From Candidatus Poribacteria bacterium (GTDB lineage: Bacteria; Poribacteria; WGA-4E; WGA-3G): DNA of 64,000 bases. The stretch is from contig OZ244048.1 of the NCBI GenBank assembly GCA_965215265.1, positions 1,600,001 to 1,664,000 on the forward strand. The letters run 5' to 3'. Below are positions 47,991 through 57,399 of this stretch, piece after piece (position 1 is the first letter of the stretch; each line of letters starts with the position of its first letter). A program made the translations under genes and the position numbers. The notes under the pieces are model-generated. The model was not told the origin of the DNA. It was given only the letters and a program-made list of their open reading frames with translations, and made no database searches.

Positions 47991-50474
47991 TTATTCTTTA
48001 GGCATATTCTCACGCCCCGGTGTCATTGCCACTTGCCTGAGCGTGCCCGTCCCATTCGGCCATCTGCCGAATGCCGCATTTTTCTCTTGTTTGGTAAATG
48101 TAACCTTATCAAGTACCTGATTGCCCCTCTCGTCTGAATCCACTAACATGACGGTCTCGCCGTTTCGGGAAAGTTTGAAGTTGGCATGTAGCCCGTCTGG
48201 TGCCTTGACATCTTCATCTAACCACACAATCAGATATCCATGGGCAGGGATCTTCGTGTCATCAGGAAACGCCCACTTCTTAAGATTATCCGTTTTGTCG
48301 GTAAGGTACATCCCTGTAAGAAGTACAGCATCATTCGTCAGGTTGTGCAGTTCAAGCCAATCCTCGTGCTGTCCCTGCGGGTCGGTGATACTCTTCGTGT
48401 TATCTGCCATCAGTTCGTTAATGACGACCGGTGTGTCTTTCGCAATAGCTGCCCGGACTTGATAACGCGCTGCACCGAACTCCGCGCGTGCGGGCGAAAA
48501 GGCAGTCGTTCCGTGCGTGTCCACAGCGTTTGCCTCAATGTAATAGTATACGGTTGTACCCGCCGGAAAAGCCGGAATTTCACCTACAAAGCTGCTGCCT
48601 TTTCCACGTGCCATTGTGATATGATTAAAGAGGCCATGCCGGTCGGTACCATAATACAATAGGACTGAATCTACCGCAACAGATTTATCTAGTACCGCTT
48701 CAACCGCCACGGGATGATTAGCGACCGGTGCTTCGGGCTTGGACACCGAAATAATCTTCGGAGTTGGCTTGTTCAACTCTGAATGATTAAGCAAATAGGT
48801 CTGCCTTTGGGTTATAAAACTCTTGAGGCTGGAGGCACCGCCGCCGCCCCTGTTCTCGCTCATTCCACTTCCAAAACTCTCATCGGCAGTACTGGCGACG
48901 AAGTCTTGATAGTTGTAAAGTTTCTTATCATCTTGTTGAACCTCAGCATCAATGAGAGTCTGATACCGCTCGATAACGGGTTCTATAACGTCCCAACTGA
49001 GCCATTCATCAATGACGGTACGGACATGCGCGAGATAGCGGGCGCGCCATTGCGGGTGTGAAAGCAGGCGGTTAATCACCGGGCGTTCTGGATTCCCTGC
49101 ATGTGTAATCGGCGATGCCATACCACCGGTCACATCGCCCCAACTCCAGCCCATGCGGCCACGCCCACCGCCTCTGGCAAACCTGAAACTCTCGTTGTTG
49201 TCGTGCGGTATCAAGTGGAACATACCTTTGACATCTTGATAAAGCGCATAATCCCCACCTTTGTGGATGTACCCATCGTCATCCATAAAAACGTTTGAAA
49301 CGGCAAGCTGCCACAGTGCCCGGTCGATGTTAAATAGCACAGGTAGTTTTGCCTCAAGCTCTGCATTGGAAGTTGACTCATCAAGCAATTTACAGAGTGC
49401 GATAAAGTCTGTCCACACATCTTCGACACCCTTCGTTTTGAGTTGGTAGGCTTCTCGATACGCCTCCGCATCGTCTCCTAAATAAACAAGCGTACCGCGG
49501 CCGGGCCCCACTTTCCAACGGATTCCCGCTTTCGTGTCAAACCACTCCGCTAGAAAATCCTTATTGTATTGCTGAAGGTTAATATAGACACCCCAATTTT
49601 CACCGTTGATAACCAATTTGACAAGGTTAGTTTTCATCGCTGGGATGTAATGCCGTGCAATATGATTGTAAATAACCTCACGTAGGAAAGAGGCATCGAC
49701 ATGCCCATTCAGCAAATTTAAAGTCTTGTAACCGTAAAGGCGTTGCCCATCATTCCCGTAGTCAATAGCGATGTTGAAGGACTTTTTCTCTGATTCTACG
49801 GTAAAGTACGAAGAGGAACCGCGGAAGTGAACGCCTACCTCCGGATAAATCTTACCGTCAACAACTAAATCTGCCGGGACCTCAACATCGGTACGATAAA
49901 AAGCATTCAGTTGTTCATACCAATCTTCATCGTGGAAGCGTAGGTACAGCGTACGGAGTGTATCGGCAGCATAGAGCGACGGCGAACCTGTAGGTGTAGC
50001 AGCCAGACTTGCCTCTACATCGCTTTGAATATCACCCTGTGCATTCGCGGGTGTCATCCGTGAGAATTTTCTATCGTGGCGAGTTTCCAAAACGGCTTTT
50101 CGTTCGTTACCGGTTAGTTTTCCGTCTTTGTCCCTATCAAACCGTTCAACCAATTTCTCTGGAGCCCCCGGGCCGCGTATGCCCCCGCGTCCGCCAAAAC
50201 CGCGCGGCGGTTCACGTCTCACGCTCTCTCTTTCCACCATCAGGTTACGGTACACTGTTTTAATCTCTTCAGAACCGAGTTTATCACCGGTGAAAGCCTC
50301 TAAACCGGTAACCTGAAGCATCAGTTCATGTTCTTCAGAATTCAAGATCCCGTTCCCATCCATATCAAATCGCTTTTCCTCCTCCGAGAGCTTCGCGTCC
50401 TGTTGTGCATTTGCATACATGACCGCACTAACAATTAGAACGAGGCAGGTAATGAGTTTTACGTATTTCATCAA
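47991..50474 (-). CDS. Secreted CotH kinase family protein with EF-hands and lamin-tail domain
   Basis: Signal peptide; DMDGNGILNSEE and DRDKDGKLTGNE; VGVHFRGSSS, KKSFNI, LRE, LIPHDNNESF; VINELMADN...DWLELHN. Confidence 0.88.
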   Translation of the reverse strand: MMKYVKLITCLVLIVSAVMYANAQQDAKLSEEEKRFDMDGNGILNSEEHELMLQVTGLEAFTGDKLGSEEIKTVYRNLMVERESVRREPPRGFGGRGGIRGPGAPEKLVERFDRDKDGKLTGNERKAVLETRHDRKFSRMTPANAQGDIQSDVEASLAATPTGSPSLYAADTLRTLYLRFHDEDWYEQLNAFYRTDVEVPADLVVDGKIYPEVGVHFRGSSSYFTVESEKKSFNIAIDYGNDGQRLYGYKTLNLLNGHVDASFLREVIYNHIARHYIPAMKTNLVKLVINGENWGVYINLQQYNKDFLAEWFDTKAGIRWKVGPGRGTLVYLGDDAEAYREAYQLKTKGVEDVWTDFIALCKLLDESTSNAELEAKLPVLFNIDRALWQLAVSNVFMDDDGYIHKGGDYALYQDVKGMFHLIPHDNNESFRFARGGGRGRMGWSWGDVTGGMASPITHAGNPERPVINRLLSHPQWRARYLAHVRTVIDEWLSWDVIEPVIERYQTLIDAEVQQDDKKLYNYQDFVASTADESFGSGMSENRGGGGASSLKSFITQRQTYLLNHSELNKPTPKIISVSKPEAPVANHPVAVEAVLDKSVAVDSVLLYYGTDRHGLFNHITMARGKGSSFVGEIPAFPAGTTVYYYIEANAVDTHGTTAFSPARAEFGAARYQVRAAIAKDTPVVINELMADNTKSITDPQGQHEDWLELHNLTNDAVLLTGMYLTDKTDNLKKWAFPDDTKIPAHGYLIVWLDEDVKAPDGLHANFKLSRNGETVMLVDSDERGNQVLDKVTFTKQEKNAAFGRWPNGTGTLRQVAMTPGRENMPKE

Positions 50475-50507
50475 ATTCTCCTTTAGTTTCTGTGATGTTT
50501 TTGCAGA

Positions 50508-51167
50508 CTATTCTTTATCCAGCTTAACCTCTGTGACACTCTCAATTTCCGAGAGCTCGTTAAAAAAGGCGATCCACGCTTGCGGACGTGCTAATTTAAC
50601 GCGGAATTTCAGTTCAACCAGACTCGATCTTTTAATTCGTTTTTCAAGCAAGCGCTCCGAAACCAGATGATTCTTGAAAACTTGGAGATACGCCGTTTCC
50701 GACTGCTGGTCGGTCGGCAAACAAAACTCAAGGCTAAATCCATTATCTTCCCCAAAACGTTGATGCCAATAGTGCATGCCAAGGATGATGGCACCGATCA
50801 GGAACGCGGCCAGAATCGCAACCGATGGATTCCCGGCACCCACTGCCATGCCAACCGCCAATGCGTAAAAGACGAAGCCGATATCGCGCGGGTCTTGGAT
50901 AGCAGTCCGGAAACGGATAATCGACAAGGCACCTACCAAGCTAAACGCACGAGCAATGCTATCTCCTATGATGACCATCACCACTGAAATCAGCATACAC
51001 AGGATGATGAGCGTATCTGTAAACGATTTTTGCGAGATTTTCGCGTGTGTCCACTGATAAATGTTAACAATAAAAATGCCTAACGCAAACGCGAGGAGCA
51101 ATCTGAGTGCATCAGCACCAAGCGTTATGAGCGGAGGCAGCGTTAAAAAATTGGATAAAAACTGCAT
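50508..51167 (-). CDS. DUF4956 membrane protein
   Basis: ARAFSLVGALSIIRFRTAIQDPRD. Confidence 0.9.
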   Translation of the reverse strand: MQFLSNFLTLPPLITLGADALRLLLAFALGIFIVNIYQWTHAKISQKSFTDTLIILCMLISVVMVIIGDSIARAFSLVGALSIIRFRTAIQDPRDIGFVFYALAVGMAVGAGNPSVAILAAFLIGAIILGMHYWHQRFGEDNGFSLEFCLPTDQQSETAYLQVFKNHLVSERLLEKRIKRSSLVELKFRVKLARPQAWIAFFNELSEIESVTEVKLDKE

Positions 51168-51351
51168 TCCGGTTCTTTATATGGTGATTCAATCGTGAAC
51201 GCCTGGCCTGAAACTACATGTAGACTTCCTTGGAGTTCTCTGAACTTATACGATGCTATGAATCAAAAATTTATGCTGATTATACCACAATTAGACAAAA
51301 TTGTGGGGAAAATGTTGAAAAATTATGACAGGAACTAAGTCGGAAGTCTAT

Positions 51352-51804
51352 TCATTCAAAAGAGAGTTGTGCCTCCGCGCCATATAGGACTATCCGGTCA
51401 ACCATCCCCAATGACGATGACAACACAATTCGAATCCCATCTGTGAAGAGTGGTGTCTGAATGATATACGGAGACTGACGCACCGGGGTTTTGGTCGCCT
51501 TAACAATGCGCCAATCATTTTCTTCCCGCCGGGCATAAACGGTCATGTTATTCAACGGTTCAATCGGATCGAAATAGATTTCAATCCGGCTGATTGATCG
51601 CTTTTCGGGAAGCAACCATTTCTGAATTGTTCCAATGCCGCTTTCGGACATTTCATAACTTTCTGTCATTCCGTATCTACCCGAACAGTGTTTTGAGCAG
51701 CTATAGAGAGACAACCGCACAGCACAAATGGCAACCAACCCAAGGCGAGATAGGTTCTCATCACGTTTTTTGTATGGTACAGCAGCGGTAAGGTGCTGAG
51801 GCAA
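51352..51804 (-). CDS. Hypothetical protein (start uncertain)
   Basis: 150-aa ORF with a beta-rich C-terminal half; no motif recognised. Confidence 0.4.
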   Translation of the reverse strand: MPQHLTAAVPYKKRDENLSRLGLVAICAVRLSLYSCSKHCSGRYGMTESYEMSESGIGTIQKWLLPEKRSISRIEIYFDPIEPLNNMTVYARREENDWRIVKATKTPVRQSPYIIQTPLFTDGIRIVLSSSLGMVDRIVLYGAEAQLSFE

Positions 51805-52313
51805 GGCAATTTAGGAGTGCGTTTTTCGCGACATTGTGCCTCAACCTCTTTTAAAACTTTGTGTAACATTATGGTACCTCTGCATATTCTGCGTCCGGTA
51901 GGGTCGCGATACTGTAATCAAATAATTCGTCGCTCATTTTCTGATGCTCTTCACGTGCGTAGTGTTCTAATAGCGTCTTAGGACCGTGATTCTTAAAATC
52001 TCCAGGCTCAAAGCGTACCTCTAGACATTAAATTAGAACCGGAATTTCTCATTCCAAAGCAACATACAATATATTAGATTTGCTACACAATTAGACAAGG
52101 AGACTTACGGAAAGGTTCATGATTGGAGATAGCCGAGTGCCTTTACTGTTTCTGCTGAGTCACATCAGGCGAAAACGCGATTACCGAGGCCTAAGATTTT
52201 CCTCTTATGACTCCTTATGAAAACCCGGAATGTGCAGGAAATAGGGCAGCGTTCACCGCTTAAATCGGAAAACTTACTTGAATACCATTCGATTTTGCGG
52301 TATGATAAGGTGC

Positions 52314-53081
52314 ATGAATACCCTATTGCCGGATTATCCTCTCATCAAAAAGGTTATTCGACTGAAAAATAGAAATATTCAGTTAACCATGATAGAAGAA
52401 CCAGACTGGTTCCTGGAGCAACTCAGCCGAGAAGACAGTGAGGGTAGACTCTATTTGCCATATTGGACGTACCTCTGGGAGGCCTCCATCGGGTTGGCAC
52501 AGTACGTAGATACATTGGACAGGCAGATTTCAAAAAAGCAGATTCTGGAAATTGGATGCGGTTTTGGGCTTGCTGGTGTTGTCGCATGCCACGCAGGTGC
52601 AGAAGTCCTTTTCACAGATGCTGAATACGAGGCGTTGCAATTTGCTCGTTACAATGCACAACAGAACGGTGTTGGACACCGTGCCGCTTTCGTCCAAATG
52701 GATTGGAATACGCCATCCTTCCACGCCCAATATATAGAAGCGAACGTGTCGCTGACGCAATCATGCCAAACCGGCAAAAAATTCTCCTATATCCTCGCAT
52801 CTGATGTCATTTATGAAGAAGAACATTGGAATCCTATTTTGCGATTACTTCAGGATTATCTCTCTTCTAACGGCATTGCTCTCTTTTCTGAACCGAATCG
52901 AAATAACGCCCTAGGGTTTTTCGAGGCTATTTGCGATAACGGTTTCACCTATAAAAAAAGTACCTGCCTTGTTGAACTTAACGGAAATAAGACTACAGTT
53001 TGCATCTACACCGTAAAACGTGCGTCTGATTTGGCATACGCCAAACCTATCTTGCCTAAAAAAATAGAAACATCTTGCTGA
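52314..53081 (+). CDS. Class I SAM methyltransferase (Methyltransf_16 / METTL21-like)
   Basis: PYW..LWEAS..LA, LEIGCGFGLAG, MDW, ILASDVIY; AAGG RBS before ATG 52314. Confidence 0.85.
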   Translation: MNTLLPDYPLIKKVIRLKNRNIQLTMIEEPDWFLEQLSREDSEGRLYLPYWTYLWEASIGLAQYVDTLDRQISKKQILEIGCGFGLAGVVACHAGAEVLFTDAEYEALQFARYNAQQNGVGHRAAFVQMDWNTPSFHAQYIEANVSLTQSCQTGKKFSYILASDVIYEEEHWNPILRLLQDYLSSNGIALFSEPNRNNALGFFEAICDNGFTYKKSTCLVELNGNKTTVCIYTVKRASDLAYAKPILPKKIETSC

Positions 53082-53209
53082 AAAAATAGGCAATTTCGTG
53101 CACAACGAAGACAGATGGAACGTTTCATAGAGGATGCCACAGGTTTTTCGTTTCCTTGGGGCCTTGCACCGCTTAGCGTCGCCACTGAAGTACGCTTTTT
53201 CAATAGTTT

Positions 53210-53225
53210 TGGCAAGGTTCTTGCT
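53210..53225 (+). promoter_or_regulatory. Sigma54 (-24/-12) promoter of nasT
   Basis: TGGCAAGGTTCTTGCT with exact GG-N10-GC spacing. Confidence 0.75.
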
Positions 53226-53322
53226 TATCTATAAAGTATCAACGTTTTTTCGGATATAAGTGCTTGGCTCGCGGTTGACAGTTGCGATTCTTCTGATTTA
53301 TAGGTTTAGGAAAGGAAGGAGG

Positions 53323-53943
53323 ATGAAAGCAGTCGCTTCAGCATTGAGAATTTTAATCATTGATAACAACCCGGAGCGAACGAGTCTGTTAACCCAAATA
53401 TTGGATGCAAGTCACTATGAAGTCGTTGCTCCGTTGCATTTAGGTGAAATTTGCCAGCGAATTGAAGATTTGCCAAAACAGTTAAAAGAACGAAATGCCG
53501 ACATTATATTGGTTGGGGCAGATTTGCCTGAACCAGCAACGTTGGATTGCTTGGCGGTCCTCTATGAGAAGTATCCATGCCCGATGGTAATATTTTCGCA
53601 AGATGAGCGCCCCGAAACCATTCAAGCTGCGACGCGCGCTGGCGTTTCGGCATACGCAGTCGGAAAACTCACAACGACACGCGTACGCACCATCATTGAG
53701 GCAGCCGTTGCTCGCTTCCAGGAACGCCAAGCCTTGCAACGCGAATTGGAAGAAACGAAGGTGAGTCTCGCAGAACGCAAGATCATTGAACGTGCGAAAG
53801 AAATTGTCGCGCAACAACGTGGCACGACTGAAGCAGAGGCATATCGCGCTTTGCGAAAAATGGCAATGAACCGGCGGAAACGTCTCGCAGAAATCGCACA
53901 GGAGGTGCTATCGGTTGCAGAGGTATTGATAAATAAACAGTAG
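53323..53943 (+). CDS. nasT: ANTAR-domain antiterminator NasT
   Basis: Pseudo-receiver plus LAERKIIERAK...EAEAYRALRKMAMNRR; AGGAGG RBS before ATG 53323. Confidence 0.9.
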   Translation: MKAVASALRILIIDNNPERTSLLTQILDASHYEVVAPLHLGEICQRIEDLPKQLKERNADIILVGADLPEPATLDCLAVLYEKYPCPMVIFSQDERPETIQAATRAGVSAYAVGKLTTTRVRTIIEAAVARFQERQALQRELEETKVSLAERKIIERAKEIVAQQRGTTEAEAYRALRKMAMNRRKRLAEIAQEVLSVAEVLINKQ

Positions 53944-53971
53944 CTGGAACTTACATTTCAAATCAGCGCGC

Positions 53972-54062
53972 GTTCAACGGTGAACAGCCGCGCCAAAAAA
54001 ATAGATAATTAGAAAAATCCAAACCAAGGCCGGTTTGGATAGAGAGAAGAGACAAAGGTGTC
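53972..54062 (+). promoter_or_regulatory. ANTAR-binding hairpins (three) in the nirA leader
   Basis: gttc-AACGGT-gaac (53972-53985), acc-AAGGCC-ggt (54023-54034), gac-AAAGGT-gtc (54051-54062); hexaloops with A1 and G4. Confidence 0.8.
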
Positions 54063-54112
54063 CGTTTGGCAGTGCATGCATTATGCCTGCTGATGGATGC
54101 CTCTTTTATTTT
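54056..54112 (+). terminator. Intrinsic terminator overlapping the last ANTAR hairpin
   Basis: AGGTGTCCGTTTGGCAG pairs with CTGCTGATGGATGCCT, followed by CTTTTATTTT. Confidence 0.75.
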
Positions 54113-54164
54113 AACGTTGTGAAGTTCGCCAAAGAGTCTACTCACGCCTAAGTCAGTAACGTTT

Positions 54165-54196
54165 AAGAATTGTCCCTGCCAGCAGGGCGAATTCTT
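54165..54196. repeat. Family D palindrome
   Basis: AAGAATTGTCCCTGC-CA-GCAGGGCGAATTCTT; near-identical to 62936-62969. Confidence 0.8.
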
Positions 54197-54275
54197 CGAT
54201 GCGAAAATGGACATCCGAACATTCAGCTTAAATGGCTTGACTCGTTCCATAGGCGAAAGAATTGGAGGTTCAAAG

Positions 54276-55835
54276 ATGAAACAGTTGGATAAGGAAAAAC
54301 GGAGAACGCGTGTAAAACGGAATTTGCCCAAAAAGCCGAAGGCCCCAAAAATCAACGCCGCCGAGACACTCAAGCGTGAAAAAAATGGGCTTGAGGTTAT
54401 TGATGATATACCAAACTACATCCGAAACGGCTGGGAATCAATTCCGCCAACTGAGCGCGACCGGCTCAAATGGGTCGGCGTTTTTTATCGTCGGCAAACG
54501 CCCGGGGCTTTTATGATGCGCCTCCGGATGTCAAGCGGTTTTAGCAACGCAGCGCAATTCCGCGCCATCGCCAATATCAGCCAAAAGTATGGACCTGGAT
54601 TTGCCGATCTGACTACCCGACAACAGATTCAACTTCGCGGCTTTGCAATTGAGAACGTACAAAATATCTGGAACCAACTTGAAGAAGTCGGCTTAGGTTC
54701 TCTGCAAACCGGATTTGACAATATCCGCGGTGTTACGGGCTGCCCCGTCTCAGGTTTGACTCCCAATGAGTTGTTTGATGCATCGCCTGTGGCGAAAAAA
54801 TTCACAGAGCTGTTTGTTGGGAATAATCTTTACACCGATATCCCGCGTAAATTTAACGTCGGTATCACGGGATGTCTGGAAAACTGTACGCATACTGCCT
54901 CACAGGACATCGCACTTACGCCGGCTACAAAGGCCATCCGCGGTGTAGAAATCAACGGTTTTAACGTTGCGGTTGGCGGGAAAATGGGCTCTGGTGGATA
55001 TACCGTCGCGGAAGAGCTCGATGTGTTCCTCCATCCTGATGAGGCTGTAGAATTGTGTTCACACATTACGTTGATTTTCCGGGACCACGGGCCCCGCACT
55101 TCACGAAACAAATCCCGGCTTGCGTTTTTGATTGCAGACTGGGGTGTGGATAAATTCCGTGAAGAGTTGGAACGTCGATACCGGAAACCCCTGCTTCCTG
55201 CAGGCAAAGATGTGCGCACCAATAACAAAACAGACCACACCGGTATCTTTGCACAAAAACAGTCGGACCTCAACTACGTTGGACTCGTTGTCCCTGTCGG
55301 ACGGATTGCTGCCACACAACTTTTTGAAGTAGCACGCGTGGCAGATGAATATGGCAACGGTGAGATACGGCTGACGCAGGGACAAAATCTGATTATTCCG
55401 AACGTGCCGAGTCTCAAAATTGGGGCGCTCACAGCGGAGCCGCTGCTACAGGAACTACGTTATGAACCCTCCGAGGTTATGCGCGGTATGGTGAGCTGCA
55501 CCGGGATGGACTACTGCCACTTCTCACTCATTGAAACCAAAGAGCGGGCGATGGAGGCAATCCGCCATTTAGAAGCCAAACTCGGAAATACGAAACCGCT
55601 CACCATACACTGGTCGGGCTGTCCAAACGGGTGCGGCAATCACGCCGCCGCCGATATTGGACTGCTCGGCAAGCGGACCAAAATCAACGGGGTTGTGACA
55701 GATGCTGTGGATGTTTTTGTGGGCGGAAAAACGGGACCACAGCCGAAAACCGCCACGAAATTATTAGAGAATGTGCCGTGCGATGAACTTCCGCAGGCAC
55801 TTGAAAGGCTAGTCCCTTACCTTTCAAGAAAATAA
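54276..55835 (+). CDS. nirA: Ferredoxin-nitrite reductase
   Basis: LTTRQQIQLR, DNIRGVTGCP, PRKFN, SCTGMDYC...SGCPNGC siroheme/4Fe-4S ligands; GGAGG RBS. Confidence 0.93.
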   Translation: MKQLDKEKRRTRVKRNLPKKPKAPKINAAETLKREKNGLEVIDDIPNYIRNGWESIPPTERDRLKWVGVFYRRQTPGAFMMRLRMSSGFSNAAQFRAIANISQKYGPGFADLTTRQQIQLRGFAIENVQNIWNQLEEVGLGSLQTGFDNIRGVTGCPVSGLTPNELFDASPVAKKFTELFVGNNLYTDIPRKFNVGITGCLENCTHTASQDIALTPATKAIRGVEINGFNVAVGGKMGSGGYTVAEELDVFLHPDEAVELCSHITLIFRDHGPRTSRNKSRLAFLIADWGVDKFREELERRYRKPLLPAGKDVRTNNKTDHTGIFAQKQSDLNYVGLVVPVGRIAATQLFEVARVADEYGNGEIRLTQGQNLIIPNVPSLKIGALTAEPLLQELRYEPSEVMRGMVSCTGMDYCHFSLIETKERAMEAIRHLEAKLGNTKPLTIHWSGCPNGCGNHAAADIGLLGKRTKINGVVTDAVDVFVGGKTGPQPKTATKLLENVPCDELPQALERLVPYLSRK

Positions 55836-55861
55836 AAAAATAACGGATAGAAAGGCAATCG

Positions 55862-55947
55862 ATGATTCATAACCTAGAATAGCTCTGGTGAGATTTACAC
55901 GGTAATAAACATAACATCAGGCGTTATAGGGCTGAAGGATACAAAAA
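55862..55947 (+). repeat. Family A half-element abutting the transporter start codon
   Basis: CTCTGGTGAGATTTACAC...GGGCTGAAGGATACAAAAA-ATG. Confidence 0.85.
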
Positions 55948-57303
55948 ATGGAATTTAAAAATAAAGCAACTCAGATTAACTTATTCAGTTTAAAGACGGT
56001 TCAGATGCGTGCATTTCACATGACATGGTTTGCATTCTTCTTAGCCTTTTTCGGGTGGTTCGGCATCGCGCCGCTGATGGCAATTGTACGCGAAGATCTG
56101 ATGTTAACCAAGGTCCAAATCGGGAACACGATTATCGCTTCTGTCTCCATTACAGTCATCGTGCGTATCTTGATCGGTCCGTTGTGCGACCGTATCGGCG
56201 CTCGAAAGGCGTACACATGGCTCCTCATCCTCGGTTCGCTTCCTGTAATGGGGATTGGGCTTGCCCAAAACTATAAGAGCTTCCTCTTGTTTAGATTGGC
56301 AATCGGTGCCATCGGTGCAGCGTTTGTGATTACGCAGTATCACACCTCTGTAATGTTCGCGCCAAATTGTGTGGGGACAGCGAACGCAACAACCGCCGGA
56401 TGGGGAAACTTAGGGGGTGGGGTAACGCAGATGGTGATGCCACTTATCTTTACCGCACTGGTGACGTTCGGTGTCGATAAATTCCTCGGATGGCGGCTCG
56501 CAATGATTATTCCGGGCATCGCGTTGTTCCTGACAGGATTTGCTTACTATTTCTTTATGCAAGACGCACCGGATGGCAACTACAAGGCGCTGCGCGCACG
56601 AGGGGAACTTGAACCCGCCAAAGGTAGAGGCATGCAATCCTTTATGCTGGCGATTAAGGACTACCGGGTTTGGGCACTCTTTGTGATTTATGCTGCCTGT
56701 TTCGGGGTTGAACTCACGATAAACAATGTTGCCGCCCTCTATTATCACGATAGGTTTCAGTTAGATGTGAAAACCGCCGGGTTAATCGCTGGATTATTCG
56801 GATTGATGAATATCTTCGCCCGCACTATCGGCGGGGCTTTCTCGGATTTTTTTGCGAAAAGGATGGGACTGAGAGGACGGGTGATATTCTTATTCGTTGT
56901 GCTAATCGGGGAAGGTATTACGTTGATGCTATTTTCGCATATGGCGGTTCTGGTGCTTGCGGTTGGCACAATGATTGTGTTCAGTCTATTTGTGCAGATG
57001 TCGGAGGGGGCTACCTACGGGATTGTTCCGTTTATTAACAAGAAAGCATTGGGTGCTGTCGCAGGTATTGTGGGTGCGGGAGGAAACGCTGGTGCTGTCG
57101 CGGCTGGTTTTCTTTTCCGGGCGGAGAACATCACGATGCAGCAAGCCTTGCTTTATCTTGGAGCGATGGTGGCTGTGGCTTCAATCGCGACGGTATTCGT
57201 GCGGTTTTCACCTGCAGTGCAGGCAGCCGAGAAAAAGGCTTATGAAGATGCACTTGCTGAGCGGCAACGTCTGAAGGCAGAAGCAGGTCGGATGGCTGCC
57301 TAA
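55948..57303 (+). CDS. MFS nitrate/nitrite transporter (NRT2/NrtP/NarK family)
   Basis: AFHMTWFAFF, ANATTAGWGNLGGG, Y..CFGVEL, GIVGAGGN nitrate-signature motifs. Confidence 0.95.
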   Translation: MEFKNKATQINLFSLKTVQMRAFHMTWFAFFLAFFGWFGIAPLMAIVREDLMLTKVQIGNTIIASVSITVIVRILIGPLCDRIGARKAYTWLLILGSLPVMGIGLAQNYKSFLLFRLAIGAIGAAFVITQYHTSVMFAPNCVGTANATTAGWGNLGGGVTQMVMPLIFTALVTFGVDKFLGWRLAMIIPGIALFLTGFAYYFFMQDAPDGNYKALRARGELEPAKGRGMQSFMLAIKDYRVWALFVIYAACFGVELTINNVAALYYHDRFQLDVKTAGLIAGLFGLMNIFARTIGGAFSDFFAKRMGLRGRVIFLFVVLIGEGITLMLFSHMAVLVLAVGTMIVFSLFVQMSEGATYGIVPFINKKALGAVAGIVGAGGNAGAVAAGFLFRAENITMQQALLYLGAMVAVASIATVFVRFSPAVQAAEKKAYEDALAERQRLKAEAGRMAA

Positions 57304-57399
57304 TGAATCAAGAAACCTGCTAAAATAAAAGAATAGCATCATTTTATCTGTATCCGGAAGGTGGATACTGTTAATTCCGAAATACGCAAGGTGATATTC

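Noticed and set aside
53944-53960. Second sigma54 promoter (CTGGAAC-N4-ATTTCA) for the nirA leader
   Set aside because: The -12 position reads TC rather than GC; cannot be supported without transcript data
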